Assembly: GCA_018302885.1 (NCBI GenBank)
Contig: JAGVZC010000005.1
Coordinates: 1-32,256, forward strand
DNA length: 32,256 nt
Direction of reading: 5' to 3'
Source of the DNA: Candidatus Woesearchaeota archaeon
GTDB taxonomy: Archaea > Nanobdellota > Nanobdellia > SCGC-AAA011-G17 > GW2011-AR20
Positions 31,523 to 32,256 of the stretch are shown piece after piece. A model generated the notes under the pieces. The model searched no databases. It was given only the letters and a program-made list of their open reading frames with translations, and had not been told where the DNA came from. A program made the translations under genes and the position numbers. The first letter of the stretch is position 1. Every line of letters begins with the position of its first letter.

Positions 31523-32228
31523 CTAATAAAATGTTTTTATAAAACAACCTAACTTTATCAAATCCCTCATTATTTAACTCTAATCTCCCATCTTGATTTC
31601 TATAAATCACCAGATAATCATGAGGCTCAATTATGGTTGTATTTTGTAGTATGTTTACATCCGAAATATTTATTCCATTCCCATAGTCATCATTTATTAT
31701 CAATTTTTCGATGTCTAGATATTCATCTCCAGAATTATAAAGTTCGATCCACTCTCCCTCAGGCATAGGAGCATCGTGTTTTGTTGGATGTGGAAAGAAT
31801 TCTGTAATTTCTAATGTGGTGTAATCTTGACCTAATGGTTCTGGTAAAACAAATATTAATTTTTCATTAAAATTATTTATTGAATTAGTATCATTACAAT
31901 TTATTTCTGACAAATTAAAATAAATTATATATGGGCTTCCTGCTGGAACTCTTGGTTCACGTTTAGGATTTCTTTCATTAGCAACGCCATTTAAACTAAT
32001 TCTATAATTTTCTATCACATTTCCAAATAAATCAGTTATTTTTCCCTCAAGGATTATATCTGAAGTTGGTCCATTGTTCTTAAAAACATTTATTGTAAAA
32101 TTTGCATTCTCATTATATTCAAAAACATATTTGTTTGGAATTATTTCAATTCCAAAGTCACATTCTTCTGCATAAACAGAAAAAGATGATAATATCAAGA
32201 AAAACAGCAATATTATACTAAATCTCAT
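31404..32228 (-). CDS. Secreted lamin-tail-domain (LTD) protein
   Basis: The signal peptide is MRFSIILLFFLILSSFSVYA. An Ig-like N-domain is followed by the LTD blocks ITEFFPHP...GEWIELYNSGDEYLDI...LELNNEGFDKVRLFY...LSWSKVNDYWIQTIPTPNEN. Confidence 0.75.
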   Translation of the reverse strand: MRFSIILLFFLILSSFSVYAEECDFGIEIIPNKYVFEYNENANFTINVFKNNGPTSDIILEGKITDLFGNVIENYRISLNGVANERNPKREPRVPAGSPYIIYFNLSEINCNDTNSINNFNEKLIFVLPEPLGQDYTTLEITEFFPHPTKHDAPMPEGEWIELYNSGDEYLDIEKLIINDDYGNGINISDVNILQNTTIIEPHDYLVIYRNQDGRLELNNEGFDKVRLFYKNILLDEISYSHTKEGLSWSKVNDYWIQTIPTPNENLQGRYREI

Positions 32229-32256
32229 TGTTTACATTGAATACTTTGTAGTATAA

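Noticed and set aside
1-32256. CRISPR arrays, rRNA genes, integrases, transposases or known defence-system genes
   Set aside because: I found none when scanning both strands. The accessory block 6427..8927 therefore cannot be called a mobile element on present evidence.

Overview
This is an AT-rich, gene-dense archaeal chromosome segment. It carries archaeal-type informational and cell-division genes: FtsZ and SepF, SecE-Spt5-uL11, TFB, DnaG, Alba, aIF5A, EndA, RNase Z, eL40, eL43, eS17, RpoP, prefoldin beta, GlyRS and a Dph2-like gene. It also carries an SRP RNA and two tRNA loci. No CRISPR array, rRNA, integrase or transposase was seen. Several proteins look shorter or rearranged relative to textbook homologues, and there is a large surface-protein locus. 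By inference this fits a small-genome, DPANN-like archaeon. A TTTATAAA, TTTATATA or TTTAAATA box sits about 26-27 nt upstream of most operon-first start codons, so leaderless mRNAs appear to be the norm. The most notable observations are: (1) the alba gene is interrupted by a 32-nt element with bulge-helix-bulge geometry, and removing it restores the conserved Alba N-terminus; a splicing endonuclease gene lies 1.3 kb away. (2) A tRNA-Pro(UGG) has a canonical body from U8 to A73 but no contiguous 5' acceptor strand. (3) Three tandem paralogues of an unrecognised ~160-aa family follow a CBS protein. (4) A 6-kb locus encodes paralogous type-I surface proteins (alpha/alpha-toroid-like repeats, Cys-rich modules, a lamin-tail domain) with its own signal peptidase I. 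(5) aIF5A is fused in frame to a 103-aa helical module, with an internal promoter-like box. (6) A JAB-like / TrmB / HEAR-LAGLIDADG insert lies between rpl11 and the tRNA-Pro locus. (7) tfb has a homopolymer-dependent start-codon problem. (8) A promoter-preceded 77-nt candidate H/ACA-like RNA sits upstream of dnaG.
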